From positions 60,015 to 124,014 of the forward strand of contig CALRDW010000001.1 of assembly GCA_943355025.1 (NCBI GenBank): a DNA stretch of 64,000 nt. Direction: 5' to 3'. A program made the position numbers and the translations under genes. The notes below the pieces were generated by a model, which had not been told where the DNA came from, made no database searches, and saw only the letters and a list, made by a program, of their open reading frames with translations. Positions 27,196 through 37,150 of the stretch are shown piece by piece; the stretch's first letter is position 1, and every line of letters starts with the position of its first letter. The DNA is from Candidatus Magasanikiibacteriota bacterium (lineage in GTDB: Bacteria > Patescibacteriota > Patescibacteriia > Magasanikbacterales > 2-02-FULL-50-9b).

Positions 27196-27993
27196 ATGAT
27201 CGACCAGGCGCTCTTTACATACATTAAAGAACAGCTGACGAACGGGTTCAGTGCCCATGAGATTCGTCATGCTGTCGTTGGTGCTGGATGGAACGCAGAC
27301 ATGGTTGATGAAATTTTAAAGGAACTTGCACCGGAGGCCGAAAGTAGGGCGTTTGGATCTGGGTATACATATGGGAGTCCGTGGGCTCCTCGTCACCCCA
27401 GCCTTGGCGCTGCATGCATTACAGTTTCAGTTGCGTTTGTTCTTATTGCAACAGAGGTTTTTGTTCAGAATTATAAGTTCGGGCATTTCGTAGCTCATCC
27501 AAATGGGGAGAGTCTTATCACAGCGTTCTCTGTTGTGGCCCTGTTCATGTCCGTTGCGATGGCATTAATTGGTATTCCCGTTGGGATCAGTTTTTTTCGA
27601 CGTCGAACGCCAGAGCAGCTCAAAGCTGCGGTGCGTGCGGCGCGCGGAAACGACCTGTATAAAAATCTAACCGACGCACAAATTGAATACATACACGAAT
27701 GGTCGTGGACAGCTTTTTTTGGAGCATTCGTCTGGCCGTGTGGGGAGCGATTATATTTATGGGGACTCGGGATGTTTCTGGGTCTCGTTATTCCGGTTAT
27801 TCCACTCATACTTGCCTTTCGTCTTGGCCGCGATGGACGTCAACTTGCATGGAAAACTGGCTGGGACGAGTTTGCGGCCTATCGTAAACACCAAACCTTG
27901 ATGTCGTGGATCGTTGCATTATTTGTTATCATTCCCCTCATGATTACCTTCGTTGCCTTGCCATTCACCTTTATTCTCGCTAAGATCGTGTAA
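27196..27993 (+). CDS. Membrane protein, paralog B (same conserved domain as 26511..27185, different N-terminal region)
   Basis: Shares NLTDAQ..WSWTAFFGAFVWP..LYLW..LGRDGR..AW..GW...HQT with the upstream ORF. The ATG at 27196 follows the upstream stop. Confidence 0.55.
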   Translation: MIDQALFTYIKEQLTNGFSAHEIRHAVVGAGWNADMVDEILKELAPEAESRAFGSGYTYGSPWAPRHPSLGAACITVSVAFVLIATEVFVQNYKFGHFVAHPNGESLITAFSVVALFMSVAMALIGIPVGISFFRRRTPEQLKAAVRAARGNDLYKNLTDAQIEYIHEWSWTAFFGAFVWPCGERLYLWGLGMFLGLVIPVIPLILAFRLGRDGRQLAWKTGWDEFAAYRKHQTLMSWIVALFVIIPLMITFVALPFTFILAKIV

Positions 27994-27995
27994 CT

Positions 27996-28241
27996 ATGGA
28001 AGAAATCCCAAAGAAATCAAAAATTGCAAAAATTGTCGTAGACCGTGATGCGTGTATTGGTGCCGCCTCTTGCGTTGCTGTTGCGGGCCGGACGTTTTAT
28101 ATGGACGAAGAAAATAAAGCAGTTGTTGTCGAACCTTGGGGCGATGATGATGAAACAATATTACTCTCTGCACAATCATGCCCCGTTCTTGCAATTACAT
28201 TATTTGACACGGAAGGAAATCAAATTTATCCCGAACTTTGA
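27996..28241 (+). CDS. Small mono-cluster ferredoxin (3Fe/4Fe type)
   Basis: DRDACIGAASC...SCP arrangement with three Cys (the middle Cys of CxxCxxC is replaced by Ala), typical of a single-cluster ferredoxin; 81 aa. Confidence 0.55.
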   Translation: MEEIPKKSKIAKIVVDRDACIGAASCVAVAGRTFYMDEENKAVVVEPWGDDDETILLSAQSCPVLAITLFDTEGNQIYPEL

Positions 28242-28259
28242 TAGAACTTATACATTTGC

Positions 28260-28952
28260 ATGAAGTTATATATTGTCGCAACACCGATCGGAAATCTTAA
28301 AGATTTAACTGAGCGAGCTCGAGAAATTTTGTCGTCGGTAAAATTGGTTTTCGCGGAAGATACACGTGTTGCGGCGAAACTTCTTGCGCACATCGGTGCG
28401 CATCCGCGTGTTATTGCACTTCATCACCACACAGTCGGAGGCGCGCTTGAAAAAGTTATTGCAGAACTCACATCTGTTGATGAGGCAGCACTTGTGACAG
28501 ACGCGGGAACTCCCGGTATTTCGGATCCAGGAAATCATTTCATTGCGGAGTTGATTCGGCGTGCGAATAATTCTGAGGGGCATGTTGAACACACAGAAAT
28601 TATTCCAATTCCCGGTCCTTCAAGTGTTACTGCAGCACTTTCGATTTGTGGATATCCAACGGATCGTTTTCGTGTGCTTGGATTTCCGCCGCACAAAAAT
28701 AAACGGAATAAATATTTCGATGAAGTTGCTGCAACAGAAGAAGTCACAGTTATTTTAGAATCCGTGCATCGAATTAAAAAAACATTAGCCGATATCGTGC
28801 GCGTCGCGCCGACACGACATGCAATGGTTGCACGAGAAATGACAAAATTATTTGAGACAATTTATCGCGGAACTGCGAGTGAAATTTCGGCGCAGATATT
28901 AGATGCAGAAACAAAAGGTGAGTTTGTAATTGTTCTTTCTCAAAAAATATGA
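28260..28952 (+). CDS. rsmI: 16S rRNA (cytidine1402-2'-O)-methyltransferase RsmI (tetrapyrrole methylase fold)
   Basis: LYIVATPIGNLKDLT N-terminus, FAEDTR, and SDAGTPGISDPG motifs. Confidence 0.85.
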   Translation: MKLYIVATPIGNLKDLTERAREILSSVKLVFAEDTRVAAKLLAHIGAHPRVIALHHHTVGGALEKVIAELTSVDEAALVTDAGTPGISDPGNHFIAELIRRANNSEGHVEHTEIIPIPGPSSVTAALSICGYPTDRFRVLGFPPHKNKRNKYFDEVAATEEVTVILESVHRIKKTLADIVRVAPTRHAMVAREMTKLFETIYRGTASEISAQILDAETKGEFVIVLSQKI

Positions 28953-29137
28953 AACCACATTCAGGCAAAGACCACCATGGCGGCGCACATGCGGGAAAAT
29001 CGCACGGCGCGCATGGCGGACACGGAAAAAATTTTGGAAGCGCCCCGGCGCCGGTCTCAGGTATCGCACTTGCGGCTGTTGGAATAGGCGCGGCAATTCT
29101 TCTCTTCATGTTTTCACAAGGACTTCTCGGTATTTGA
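28949..29137 (+). CDS. His/Gly-rich small protein with C-terminal TM helix (62 aa)
   Basis: The ATG overlaps the rsmI stop (ATGA). N-terminal HxG repeats (DHHGGAHAGKSHGAHGGHG) followed by a hydrophobic helix. Confidence 0.35.
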   Translation: MKPHSGKDHHGGAHAGKSHGAHGGHGKNFGSAPAPVSGIALAAVGIGAAILLFMFSQGLLGI

Positions 29138-29183
29138 AACACGCGTTGATTTTTGTGGCGTGTTTTGCTAAGCTTGCTCTACT

Positions 29184-30692
29184 ATGCCAAAGAAATCTGA
29201 TCACTACTACCTGACAACGCCAATCTATTATGTAAATGCTGCGCCGCATATCGGCCACGCATATACGTCGATTGCGGCTGACGTCATGGCGCGGTTTCAA
29301 CGCTTGCTGGGTAAGCAAGTCAATTTCTTAACCGGCACTGACGAGCACGGCCAAAAAATTCAGCGCGCAGCTGAAGCGGCTGGAAAAAATTCACAGGAAT
29401 TTGTTGATGAAATTTCCGTAACTTTTCGTAAGCTCGGTGATGTTCTTAATTTGAGCACGACGGATTTTATTCGAACAACAGAAGAGCGACATACGCGGGG
29501 AGCGGCGAAATTTTGGGAAGCTGCTGCGGGGCGTGGGGATATTTACAAAAAAAAATACGAAGGACTTTATTGCGTGTCATGCGAACAATTTTACGTTGAA
29601 AAAGACCTGCCTGAAGGTTTGTGTCCGATTCATAAAAAAGCGCCCGAACTTTTTCAGGAAGAAAATTATTTTTTTCGATTGTCCGCATACACTGAAAAAA
29701 TTGCAGAATATTTTGATGCGCATCATGATTTTGTTTTTCCTCACAATCGGTGGAAAGAAATGCGCCAAATTTTAGTTGAGGGACTGGAAGATGTTTCAAT
29801 ATCGCGCAGCCGAGAAAAATTATCATGGGGAATTCCCGTGCCAGGAGATCCAATGCAAGTCATGTATGTTTGGTTTGATGCGCTGACAAATTATGTCACT
29901 GCTGTTGGCTATGGAACGAATGAGAAATTTTTTGATGATTGGTGGCCAGCAGACGTGCACCTCATGGCAAAAGAAATCAATCGATTTCATTCGCTCTTGT
30001 GGCCAGCGATGCTCATGTCCGCAGGAGTTTCGCTTCCGGGGAAAATTGTTGTGCACGGATGGCTGACAGTAGACGGAGAAAAAATGTCGAAGTCGTTGGG
30101 CAACATGGTTGATCCGTTTGAAATTGTCAGTCGTTATGGAACGGACACATTTCGCTTCTTCTTGTTTCGTGAAATGTCGTTTGGCAGCGATGGAGATTTT
30201 TCTATTGCCAAACTCGAACAGCGTTATACGAGTGATTTGCAACACGATCTCGGAAATTTGCTCATGCGCTCTATTGCAATGGCAATTAAATTTTGTGATG
30301 GCAAAATTCCACAACAAACTGTTGGCGATAATACTGAAGTTTGGGCTCGATACCATGCACACATGGAGAAGTGGGAATTTCAACAGGCCCTTGAGGGAGT
30401 TTGGGAATATGTCCGTGCACTTAACCAGCTGATTGATCGAGAAAAACCATGGACGCTATATAAGGAAGGAAAATTTGAGGAAGTTAACGCAACGCTATAC
30501 ATACTTCTCGAGGGATTGCGACAGACAGCCATTGCAATTTCTCCATTCATGCCGGACGCGAGCGTTTCGATGCTGACTGCGCTTGGGTTTGAATATTTCG
30601 ATCCGAAATTTGATTCTTTGACCGAGTGGGGGCTTTTGAAGTCCGGGGGCGTGCTTGCCGAACCACATCCGTTGTTTCCACCGCTCATATAA
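29184..30692 (+). CDS. metG: Methionyl-tRNA synthetase
   Basis: Class I HIGH motif (PHIGHAYT) and KMSKS (KMSKSLGN); 502 aa core MetRS. Confidence 0.9.
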   Translation: MPKKSDHYYLTTPIYYVNAAPHIGHAYTSIAADVMARFQRLLGKQVNFLTGTDEHGQKIQRAAEAAGKNSQEFVDEISVTFRKLGDVLNLSTTDFIRTTEERHTRGAAKFWEAAAGRGDIYKKKYEGLYCVSCEQFYVEKDLPEGLCPIHKKAPELFQEENYFFRLSAYTEKIAEYFDAHHDFVFPHNRWKEMRQILVEGLEDVSISRSREKLSWGIPVPGDPMQVMYVWFDALTNYVTAVGYGTNEKFFDDWWPADVHLMAKEINRFHSLLWPAMLMSAGVSLPGKIVVHGWLTVDGEKMSKSLGNMVDPFEIVSRYGTDTFRFFLFREMSFGSDGDFSIAKLEQRYTSDLQHDLGNLLMRSIAMAIKFCDGKIPQQTVGDNTEVWARYHAHMEKWEFQQALEGVWEYVRALNQLIDREKPWTLYKEGKFEEVNATLYILLEGLRQTAIAISPFMPDASVSMLTALGFEYFDPKFDSLTEWGLLKSGGVLAEPHPLFPPLI

Positions 30693-30701
30693 TCTTTTTC
30701 T

Positions 30702-31217
30702 ATGACCCTACTTGACCTCATCTTGATTGCACTTCTCGCAAGTTTTGTATTTTCCGGATTTCGTCTCGGGTTTATCCATGCTCTTGGTTCATTAATCGGT
30801 GTTGCTCTTGGCGCATACATCGCAACACACTACACGACACAAATCGCTTTGTGGGTTGCGAGCCATAGTGGCGTTGATATTCGTGCGTTTGGGAAATGGG
30901 TAACATTTTTTCTTATATTTTTTATTGTTGGAAGATTGGTGGGTATTATTTTTTGGTTTGTTGAACGTTCTGTGGGTTTGCTCGTGCATCTGCCATTTTT
31001 ACATTCGATTAACGCAACGCTCGGCGGCATCGTTTCTTTTTTTGAAGGCGCGCTCATAATCGGTTTAACAATTTCTTACGCAAAATATCTTCCCGTGCCG
31101 CAGGTAAGTGCTTTATTTGCCGCATCAAAACTTGCCCCGTGGTTTATTAAGATGGCAAATATTTTGTTGCCACTTGTTCCTGAAGCACTGCGCAAAGTCA
31201 TGACCGGAACATTGTAA
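30702..31217 (+). CDS. CvpA-family membrane protein
   Basis: Four TM helices with the conserved N-terminal DLILIALLASFVFSGFRLGF pattern of the colicin V production protein family. Confidence 0.65.
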   Translation: MTLLDLILIALLASFVFSGFRLGFIHALGSLIGVALGAYIATHYTTQIALWVASHSGVDIRAFGKWVTFFLIFFIVGRLVGIIFWFVERSVGLLVHLPFLHSINATLGGIVSFFEGALIIGLTISYAKYLPVPQVSALFAASKLAPWFIKMANILLPLVPEALRKVMTGTL

Positions 31218-31220
31218 TAT

Positions 31221-32075
31221 ATGGAACCTCGAATTATCGATACACATTGCCATGTTCATTTTGCGGCATACGACGCAGATTCGCGAGCGGTAATCGAAGA
31301 AGCGCTAGCAGCAGGGATTCACATGATTGTTGTAGGAACACAGGCGACGACGAGTAAGAATGCGGTTGTGTGCGCGGAACAATTTGGTGGTGTATACGCC
31401 GCAGTTGGTTTGCATCCAAATCATTTACATACAATGCCGATTGACGAAGATGAACTTCCGACGTTTCTCACACGAGCGGAAGAATTTGAAATGGAATATT
31501 ATCGAGAGCTTGCGAAGCATCCGAAAGTTGTTGGGATTGGCGAAACCGGTTTTGATGCGTATCGATTGCCGGATGGAGTTTCGTTTGATGAGGTGATGCA
31601 AAAACAAGAAAAAGCATTTCGACAACATTTGGATTTATGCACCGAGCTCGGTAAACCTGTAATCGTGCATTGTCGCGATGCGCATAGCCACGTTATTCGA
31701 ATTTTTAAAGAGTATCTTGCTGCGGCAAAGCTGGACGCGCGCGGCGTGCTGCATTGTTTTACGGGAACTGTCGAGGAGGCACAAGAATATGTTGCGATGG
31801 GTTTTTATATTTCGCTGTCTGGAATAGTAACGTTTCCGGCGCGCAAAGGACAAACTGAAAATCCGCTCAGCAGTGTTGCCCGATCTGTCCCGCGCGACAA
31901 GCTTGTTATTGAAACAGATTCGCCGTACCTCACACCGATGCCGCACCGCGGAAAACGAAACGCGCCGTCCTATGTTATTCACACAGCGAAGCACGTCGCA
32001 CAGCTCTGGGGAACAACGCTTGAGGAGGTTGAACGGCAGACAACCGTAAATGCACGAAGATTATTTCGCATCTAG
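31221..32075 (+). CDS. tatD: TatD-family metal-dependent hydrolase (DNase)
   Basis: IDTHCH, GETGFD, HCRDA and ETDSPYL motifs. Confidence 0.85.
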   Translation: MEPRIIDTHCHVHFAAYDADSRAVIEEALAAGIHMIVVGTQATTSKNAVVCAEQFGGVYAAVGLHPNHLHTMPIDEDELPTFLTRAEEFEMEYYRELAKHPKVVGIGETGFDAYRLPDGVSFDEVMQKQEKAFRQHLDLCTELGKPVIVHCRDAHSHVIRIFKEYLAAAKLDARGVLHCFTGTVEEAQEYVAMGFYISLSGIVTFPARKGQTENPLSSVARSVPRDKLVIETDSPYLTPMPHRGKRNAPSYVIHTAKHVAQLWGTTLEEVERQTTVNARRLFRI

Positions 32076-32097
32076 CGCCGCTATTTTTTTCCGTGTC

Positions 32098-32126
32098 TTG
32101 ACCCAAATGCAGAAAACCAGTATCAT
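32098..32126 (+). promoter_or_regulatory. Sigma70-like promoter TTGACC-17-TATCAT upstream of the atp operon
   Basis: Near-consensus -35 and -10 hexamers with a 17 nt spacer, about 10 nt before atpZ. Confidence 0.55.
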
Positions 32127-32135
32127 AGACACGTA

Positions 32136-32405
32136 TTGAGCACCAACATGCCATTCACAGAGAATGATCGCCGCTCGTATCTGCTTGGACTCCGGATCAT
32201 GGGTGATTTCGGAGCGTCCATTGCGGTACCTGTTATAATCTTTGTTCTCATCGGAAAATGGTTGCAAACAAAATATGGTGGTGCGCCATTTGGTGTTGTC
32301 ATCGGATTTGTACTTTCAGCAGCGCTCAGTGCGCGCATCATTCGACGTAAAACAAAATGGTACGCCGCAGAATACAAAGCTCTTGAATCAGCAAAGAAAA
32401 AATAA
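32136..32405 (+). CDS. atpI: ATP synthase protein I (AtpZ/AtpI-like small membrane protein)
   Basis: 89 aa, two TM helices, immediately upstream of atpB. Confidence 0.5.
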   Translation: MSTNMPFTENDRRSYLLGLRIMGDFGASIAVPVIIFVLIGKWLQTKYGGAPFGVVIGFVLSAALSARIIRRKTKWYAAEYKALESAKKK

Positions 32406-32407
32406 GT

Positions 32408-33220
32408 ATGTCCGTCCCTCTTGCCGCAGAATCAATCGCACATATCGGTTTTTTGACAATCACAAATTCCATGGTGGATGCGTGGATTGTTTCGATTGTA
32501 ATTGTTCTTGGTGTTGTGGTTTTGAGGTTTCAGCTTCGAGAAGTTCCGCGGGGAATTCAAAATGCACTGGAGGCATTTCTCGAACTTGTACTTAAAACAG
32601 CGGATAGTGTTACGCATGATCGCGCGCGAAGCCGACGATTTTTACCAATCGTCGCAACGCTGTTTCTTTTTATTCTTCTCAACAACTGGATCGGTCAGCT
32701 TCCGGGCACTGGTTCAATTGGTGTTTGGAAAGAAGTACATGGCACAGTTGAACTAGTTCCACTGTTTCGTCCCGCGACATCTGATCTGAACTTAACACTT
32801 GCTCTTGGCGGATTTGCAATTTTGCTCACGCATCTGATGGGAATCGGCACGCTTGGTTTTTTTCGTCACGCGGGAAAGTTTATTCAAATCAAGTCAGTGT
32901 TAAAGTCGCTCAGAAAAAATCCTATCAACATCATGACCGCGCTCATCGAGTTTGGAGCAGGACTTATCGAGGCCATGGGGGAATTTGCGCGTGCGTTGTC
33001 GCTCTCACTGCGTTTGTTCGGAAATATTTTTGCTGGCGAAGTTTTGATCACGGTTATGTTGTCGCTTGCGGCATATATTGTGCCGCTGCCGTTTCAAGCT
33101 CTTGAAATTTTGGTGGGTCTCATTCAAGCGCTTGTATTTTCGATGTTGACTCTGGTCTTTTTGACGCTTGCAACTGAACCGCCCCATGGCGAGCATGCGG
33201 CAGACGAGCAACATGCATAA
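32408..33220 (+). CDS. atpB: ATP synthase F0 subunit a
   Basis: Conserved LSLRLFGNIFAGE (essential Arg) and multi-TM topology. Confidence 0.9.
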   Translation: MSVPLAAESIAHIGFLTITNSMVDAWIVSIVIVLGVVVLRFQLREVPRGIQNALEAFLELVLKTADSVTHDRARSRRFLPIVATLFLFILLNNWIGQLPGTGSIGVWKEVHGTVELVPLFRPATSDLNLTLALGGFAILLTHLMGIGTLGFFRHAGKFIQIKSVLKSLRKNPINIMTALIEFGAGLIEAMGEFARALSLSLRLFGNIFAGEVLITVMLSLAAYIVPLPFQALEILVGLIQALVFSMLTLVFLTLATEPPHGEHAADEQHA

Positions 33221-33301
33221 ATAATTGGATGTTTGAACTGCGATCCGCGCATTTAGTCGATGTAGCGGGCCGCTGACAGTCATTCATGTAAACATTTCAC
33301 T

Positions 33302-33526
33302 ATGGTGTTGGACGTCGAATCAACAAGAATTCTGGCCAAAGGACTCACTATGGCTTTTGGTGGTATGCTTCCTGCATGGGCAGTAGGTAACATCGTTGGA
33401 AAAGCTATGGAAGCGATCGGACGCAACCCAGAAGCAAGCGACAAAGTATTTGTTCCGATGCTTCTCGGTGCAGCATTCGCAGAAGCTATCGCTATTTATT
33501 CGCTCGTGGTCGTGTTCGTACTCTAA
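33302..33526 (+). CDS. atpE: ATP synthase F0 subunit c
   Basis: Two-helix hairpin with GRNPE loop and conserved carboxylate helix (AFAEAIAIYSLVV). Confidence 0.8.
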   Translation: MVLDVESTRILAKGLTMAFGGMLPAWAVGNIVGKAMEAIGRNPEASDKVFVPMLLGAAFAEAIAIYSLVVVFVL

Positions 33527-33539
33527 TCAATGAAACTTC

Positions 33540-34145
33540 GTGGGTAGCTCGGCGCATATGCCAGCGCCCACGGAGGTCAGTGGTTCCTTTTCTATGGAGA
33601 CAACTCAAACACAAACTCAAACAGAAGCAGTAGAACATCCGGGCGCAATTGATACATTCGGACTTAAAACCGATGTCTTTATTGCTCAGCTGGTCAACTT
33701 TCTTATTATTTTATTCGTGCTCTGGCGATGGGCGTATAAGCCGCTCCTCAAATTAATGGAAGCGAGACAGGAGAGAATTGAGAAAGGGTTACACGATGCG
33801 GAAACCGTGTCGCTTCGTCTCGCGGATATTGAGAAAGATCATCAGGCTGCACTTTCCGAAGCGCGAAAACAGTCCGCGGAATTTATGAAGGAAGCGCATG
33901 CCGAAGTTGAAAAAAAACGCGATGAGATTTTAAATAAATCTCGTGAAGAAGTTGGCAAACTTATTACAGAAGCACGAAAAAAGATTGCAGAGGAACGAAG
34001 TCTTGCTGAAGCAGAATTGAAACGGGAGATTTCAGCGCTCGTTGTTGCAACAGCAGAAATGGTTCTCAAAGAAAAATTAGATCCAACAAAGGATGCTCAA
34101 TTAATGGACGTTGCGGTAAAAAAAGCGCCGCAGCACAAGAAATAA
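33540..34145 (+). CDS. atpF: ATP synthase F0 subunit b
   Basis: Single N-terminal TM helix followed by a long charged coiled coil. Start uncertain (33540/33558/33594). Confidence 0.75.
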   Translation: MGSSAHMPAPTEVSGSFSMETTQTQTQTEAVEHPGAIDTFGLKTDVFIAQLVNFLIILFVLWRWAYKPLLKLMEARQERIEKGLHDAETVSLRLADIEKDHQAALSEARKQSAEFMKEAHAEVEKKRDEILNKSREEVGKLITEARKKIAEERSLAEAELKREISALVVATAEMVLKEKLDPTKDAQLMDVAVKKAPQHKK

Positions 34146-34186
34146 AACACTGATAACTATCGCGCCTCTGAGCGTGCACCCGAATT

Positions 34187-34564
34187 ATGAAACGGTTGAC
34201 TGTGCGGGAATGGGTTACGTTCCTGAAGGAGATAACAGCTGAAGCTACAGAACGTGATGTTCCAAAATGGTTGGGCGAGTTTATGCGTGTTGTACGAGTT
34301 CGTCGCGCACTCAAGCTTCTGCCGCGGATAATTGCAGCATATAAAGAGGCGGCCGACACAGAATCAGGGACAGTCCGTATAGAAACATGGGCGGCGCGTG
34401 CACTTCCAAATCAAATCACAGAAGCATTACAAAAATTGGGCACAGATGTCGTTATTGATCACACCATCAATCCGCTCCTTATCGGAGGGTTGAAACTAAA
34501 AGTGGGTGATGTGATTATTGATGGCACGATTGCCACTCGTTTGAAAAAATTGTATGAAGCATAA
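34187..34564 (+). CDS. atpH: ATP synthase F1 delta subunit (short form, 125 aa)
   Basis: C-terminal [29 protein letters not shown] matches the delta/OSCP C-terminal motif. The upstream frame is closed by stops, so the N-terminal OSCP bundle is largely absent. Confidence 0.7.
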   Translation: MKRLTVREWVTFLKEITAEATERDVPKWLGEFMRVVRVRRALKLLPRIIAAYKEAADTESGTVRIETWAARALPNQITEALQKLGTDVVIDHTINPLLIGGLKLKVGDVIIDGTIATRLKKLYEA

Positions 34565-36086
34565 TAACATGAAAGATTTTGTCGTAGATACGCTCGTGAA
34601 TCAGATTCGCGGGTTGTCTGATGATCCAGAAGTTGCAGAAGTTGGAACCGTGCTTGAAGTTGGGGACGGCATTGCTAAAGTATCGGGACTGACCAAGGCG
34701 CAATCCTCTGAAATGCTTGAGTTTCCTTCGTCAGCAAAAGGCGGCGAGCCAACTCTCGGCGTTATTCTTAATCTCGAAGAGGACATGGTTGGTGTTATTA
34801 TTTTGGGTGACTATCGACATTTGAAGGAGGGCGACACAGTTAAGCGTACGGGACGCATTCTTTCGATTCCTGTTGGCGAACATTTTATTGGTCGCGTAAT
34901 CGATCCTCTTGGACGACCGCTCGACGGCAAAGGCGAAATTAAATCAAAAGAATTTTATCCAATCGAGCGCGTGGCGCCGGGCGTTCTTGAGCGTCAGCCA
35001 GTTGAACAGCCAGTACAAACAGGTATTAAAGCAATTGACGCGATGATTCCAATTGGTCGTGGACAACGCGAGCTTATTATTGGTGATCGCCAAACTGGTA
35101 AAACCGCGATTGCCATCGACACAATTATCAATCAAAAAGGGCAGAACATGGTTTCGATTTACGTTGCGATTGGTCAAAAAGAATCCAAGGTTGCGCGTTT
35201 GGTTGCAAAATTGGAGGAAGCGGGCGTTATGGACAACACCATTGTTGTTGTCTCCGGCGCGTCAGATCCAGCGTCGCTCACATATATTGCACCGTTTGCG
35301 GGATGTGCGCTCGGCGAATATTTCATGAATAATAAAAAGCACGCGCTTGTTGTTTATGATGATCTGTCCAAACACGCGTGGGCGTATCGAGAAATTTCCC
35401 TGTTGCTTCGTCGGCCACCAGGTCGCGAGGCATATCCAGGCGATATCTTTTATCTGCACTCACGACTGCTCGAACGCGCCGCAAAACTCTCGGATAAAAA
35501 TGGAGGAGGCTCTTTGACCGCGCTTCCAATTATTGAAACTCAGGCGGGTGATGTTTCGGCATACATTCCGACAAACGTAATTTCGATTACGGACGGTCAG
35601 ATTTTTCTTGAGTCTGATTTGTTCTACAAGGGTGTGCGTCCTGCTCTTAACGTTGGTATTTCGGTTTCGCGTGTTGGTGGCGCCGCGCAGATCAAAGCAA
35701 TGAAAAAAGTGTCTGGTAAACTTCGTCTTGACCTCGCACAATTTCGAGAACTGGAAGGTTTTTCGCAATTCGCGTCTGATCTCGATGAGACAACGCGCAA
35801 ACAAATTGAGCGTGGACGACGAATCGTTGAAGTTTTGAAGCAGCCGCAGTACTCGCCACTTTCGGTTGAACACCAAATCTGTGTGATTTATGCAGTGATC
35901 AATGGATACTTCGATTCAACACCAGTGGATCAGGTGAACAGCGCGGAAACAGCACTGCATACATATCTCGATACAGACTGCAGCGATGTGATCGATGCGC
36001 TTACACGCGAAAAAGCACTGAGCGAATCGTCGGAGACACGTCTTAAAGAATCACTGGTCATCTTCTTCGCTTCGCGCGCAAAATAA
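34554..36086 (+). CDS. atpA: ATP synthase F1 alpha subunit
   Basis: P-loop GDRQTGKTA, Walker B, overall alpha-subunit domain order. Confidence 0.95.
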   Translation: MKHNNMKDFVVDTLVNQIRGLSDDPEVAEVGTVLEVGDGIAKVSGLTKAQSSEMLEFPSSAKGGEPTLGVILNLEEDMVGVIILGDYRHLKEGDTVKRTGRILSIPVGEHFIGRVIDPLGRPLDGKGEIKSKEFYPIERVAPGVLERQPVEQPVQTGIKAIDAMIPIGRGQRELIIGDRQTGKTAIAIDTIINQKGQNMVSIYVAIGQKESKVARLVAKLEEAGVMDNTIVVVSGASDPASLTYIAPFAGCALGEYFMNNKKHALVVYDDLSKHAWAYREISLLLRRPPGREAYPGDIFYLHSRLLERAAKLSDKNGGGSLTALPIIETQAGDVSAYIPTNVISITDGQIFLESDLFYKGVRPALNVGISVSRVGGAAQIKAMKKVSGKLRLDLAQFRELEGFSQFASDLDETTRKQIERGRRIVEVLKQPQYSPLSVEHQICVIYAVINGYFDSTPVDQVNSAETALHTYLDTDCSDVIDALTREKALSESSETRLKESLVIFFASRAK

Positions 36087-36087
36087 T

Positions 36088-37053
36088 ATGGCAATCTCAG
36101 GCCGCGTGATTCGCGGACGCATCAAATCAGTGAAGAATACGAAAAAAATCACTAAAGCCATGGAACTTGTTTCCGCGGCTAAAATGCGTCGTGCAGTCGC
36201 GGCCGCGCTTCAGTCGCGCACATACGCGCGCTATGCGTGGGAGCTTCTTACTCGTCTTGAAGCAACGGGGCGCGCGCTTGAAAAGTCAGAACATCCGCTT
36301 CTTGCAGTGCGGCCTGTTAAAAAAATTCTTGTTGTTGCAATCACGTCAAACCGCGGTCTTGCTGGTGCGTTTAATTCGAATGTAATCAAGTTGGTAGCAC
36401 AGCAAATTCGTCATCCCGAACAGATTGCGCGCAACAGAGTTGGCAAGCGGTGGATTGAACCGGCGAACGACCATCCTGAGATGGAGTTTGTTATTGTTGG
36501 CAAGCGCGGCGAAACAGCACTCCGCCGGATCACGGATAAAATTGTGGCGAGTTTTGTTGATGTGCCGGATGTTCCTAAATTAAGTGACGTGACAGCACTT
36601 ATCACGCTCGCAATTGGTGGGTATGAGCGCGGCGAGTATGATAAAGTTGTGCTTGCGTATACAGATTTTGTGTCGGCGCTTGTGCAAAAACCAAAGGTAC
36701 GTCAACTTCTACCAATATCAACGGTTGATATTGAGAAGACGTTATTTCCCGAAGGCGTTGTTGCCGATCCTGTCGGACATGAAGAGTGGAGCGAGGTATT
36801 TGTTGAATTTGAGCCATCAATTACGGAAATTATTGGGGCTGCTGTGACGCGGCTGATTGAATCACAAGTGTATCAAGCGGTTCTTGAATCGTCTGCATCC
36901 GAGCATTCTGCACGCATGATGTCCATGCGTCAGGCAACGGATGCAGCGACGGACATGATCGATACACTGACACTTGTGTTTAATCAGGCGCGCCAGGCAA
37001 GTATTACGAAAGAAATTTCGGAAATTAGTGCTGGTAAAGCTGCGCTCGAGTAG
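36088..37053 (+). CDS. atpG: ATP synthase F1 gamma subunit
   Basis: N-terminal IKSVKNTKKITKAMELVSAAKMRRA and the C-terminal helix. Confidence 0.9.
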   Translation: MAISGRVIRGRIKSVKNTKKITKAMELVSAAKMRRAVAAALQSRTYARYAWELLTRLEATGRALEKSEHPLLAVRPVKKILVVAITSNRGLAGAFNSNVIKLVAQQIRHPEQIARNRVGKRWIEPANDHPEMEFVIVGKRGETALRRITDKIVASFVDVPDVPKLSDVTALITLAIGGYERGEYDKVVLAYTDFVSALVQKPKVRQLLPISTVDIEKTLFPEGVVADPVGHEEWSEVFVEFEPSITEIIGAAVTRLIESQVYQAVLESSASEHSARMMSMRQATDAATDMIDTLTLVFNQARQASITKEISEISAGKAALE

Positions 37054-37061
37054 GTGGAAGT

Positions 37062-37098
37062 AAATAAAAACCCCACACACCTTTCGGTAGGGTGGGGT
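37062..37098 (-). terminator. Rho-independent terminator for the minus-strand gene (hairpin CCCCAC...GTGGGG with T-run on minus strand)
   Basis: Plus-strand A6 run at 37065..37070 precedes the hairpin, so on the minus strand the hairpin is followed by T's, about 55 nt after the minus-gene stop. Confidence 0.5.
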
Positions 37099-37150
37099 CT
37101 GGAAATGCGAGGTGCGTTTCCGGGAAGCAGTGGTTCTTCGGCTGAAGCGA

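Noticed and set aside
28045-28263. 72 aa ORF overlapping the small ferredoxin gene in another frame
   Set aside because: The ferredoxin frame has a conserved Cys pattern and proper spacing to neighbours. The overlapping frame has none.
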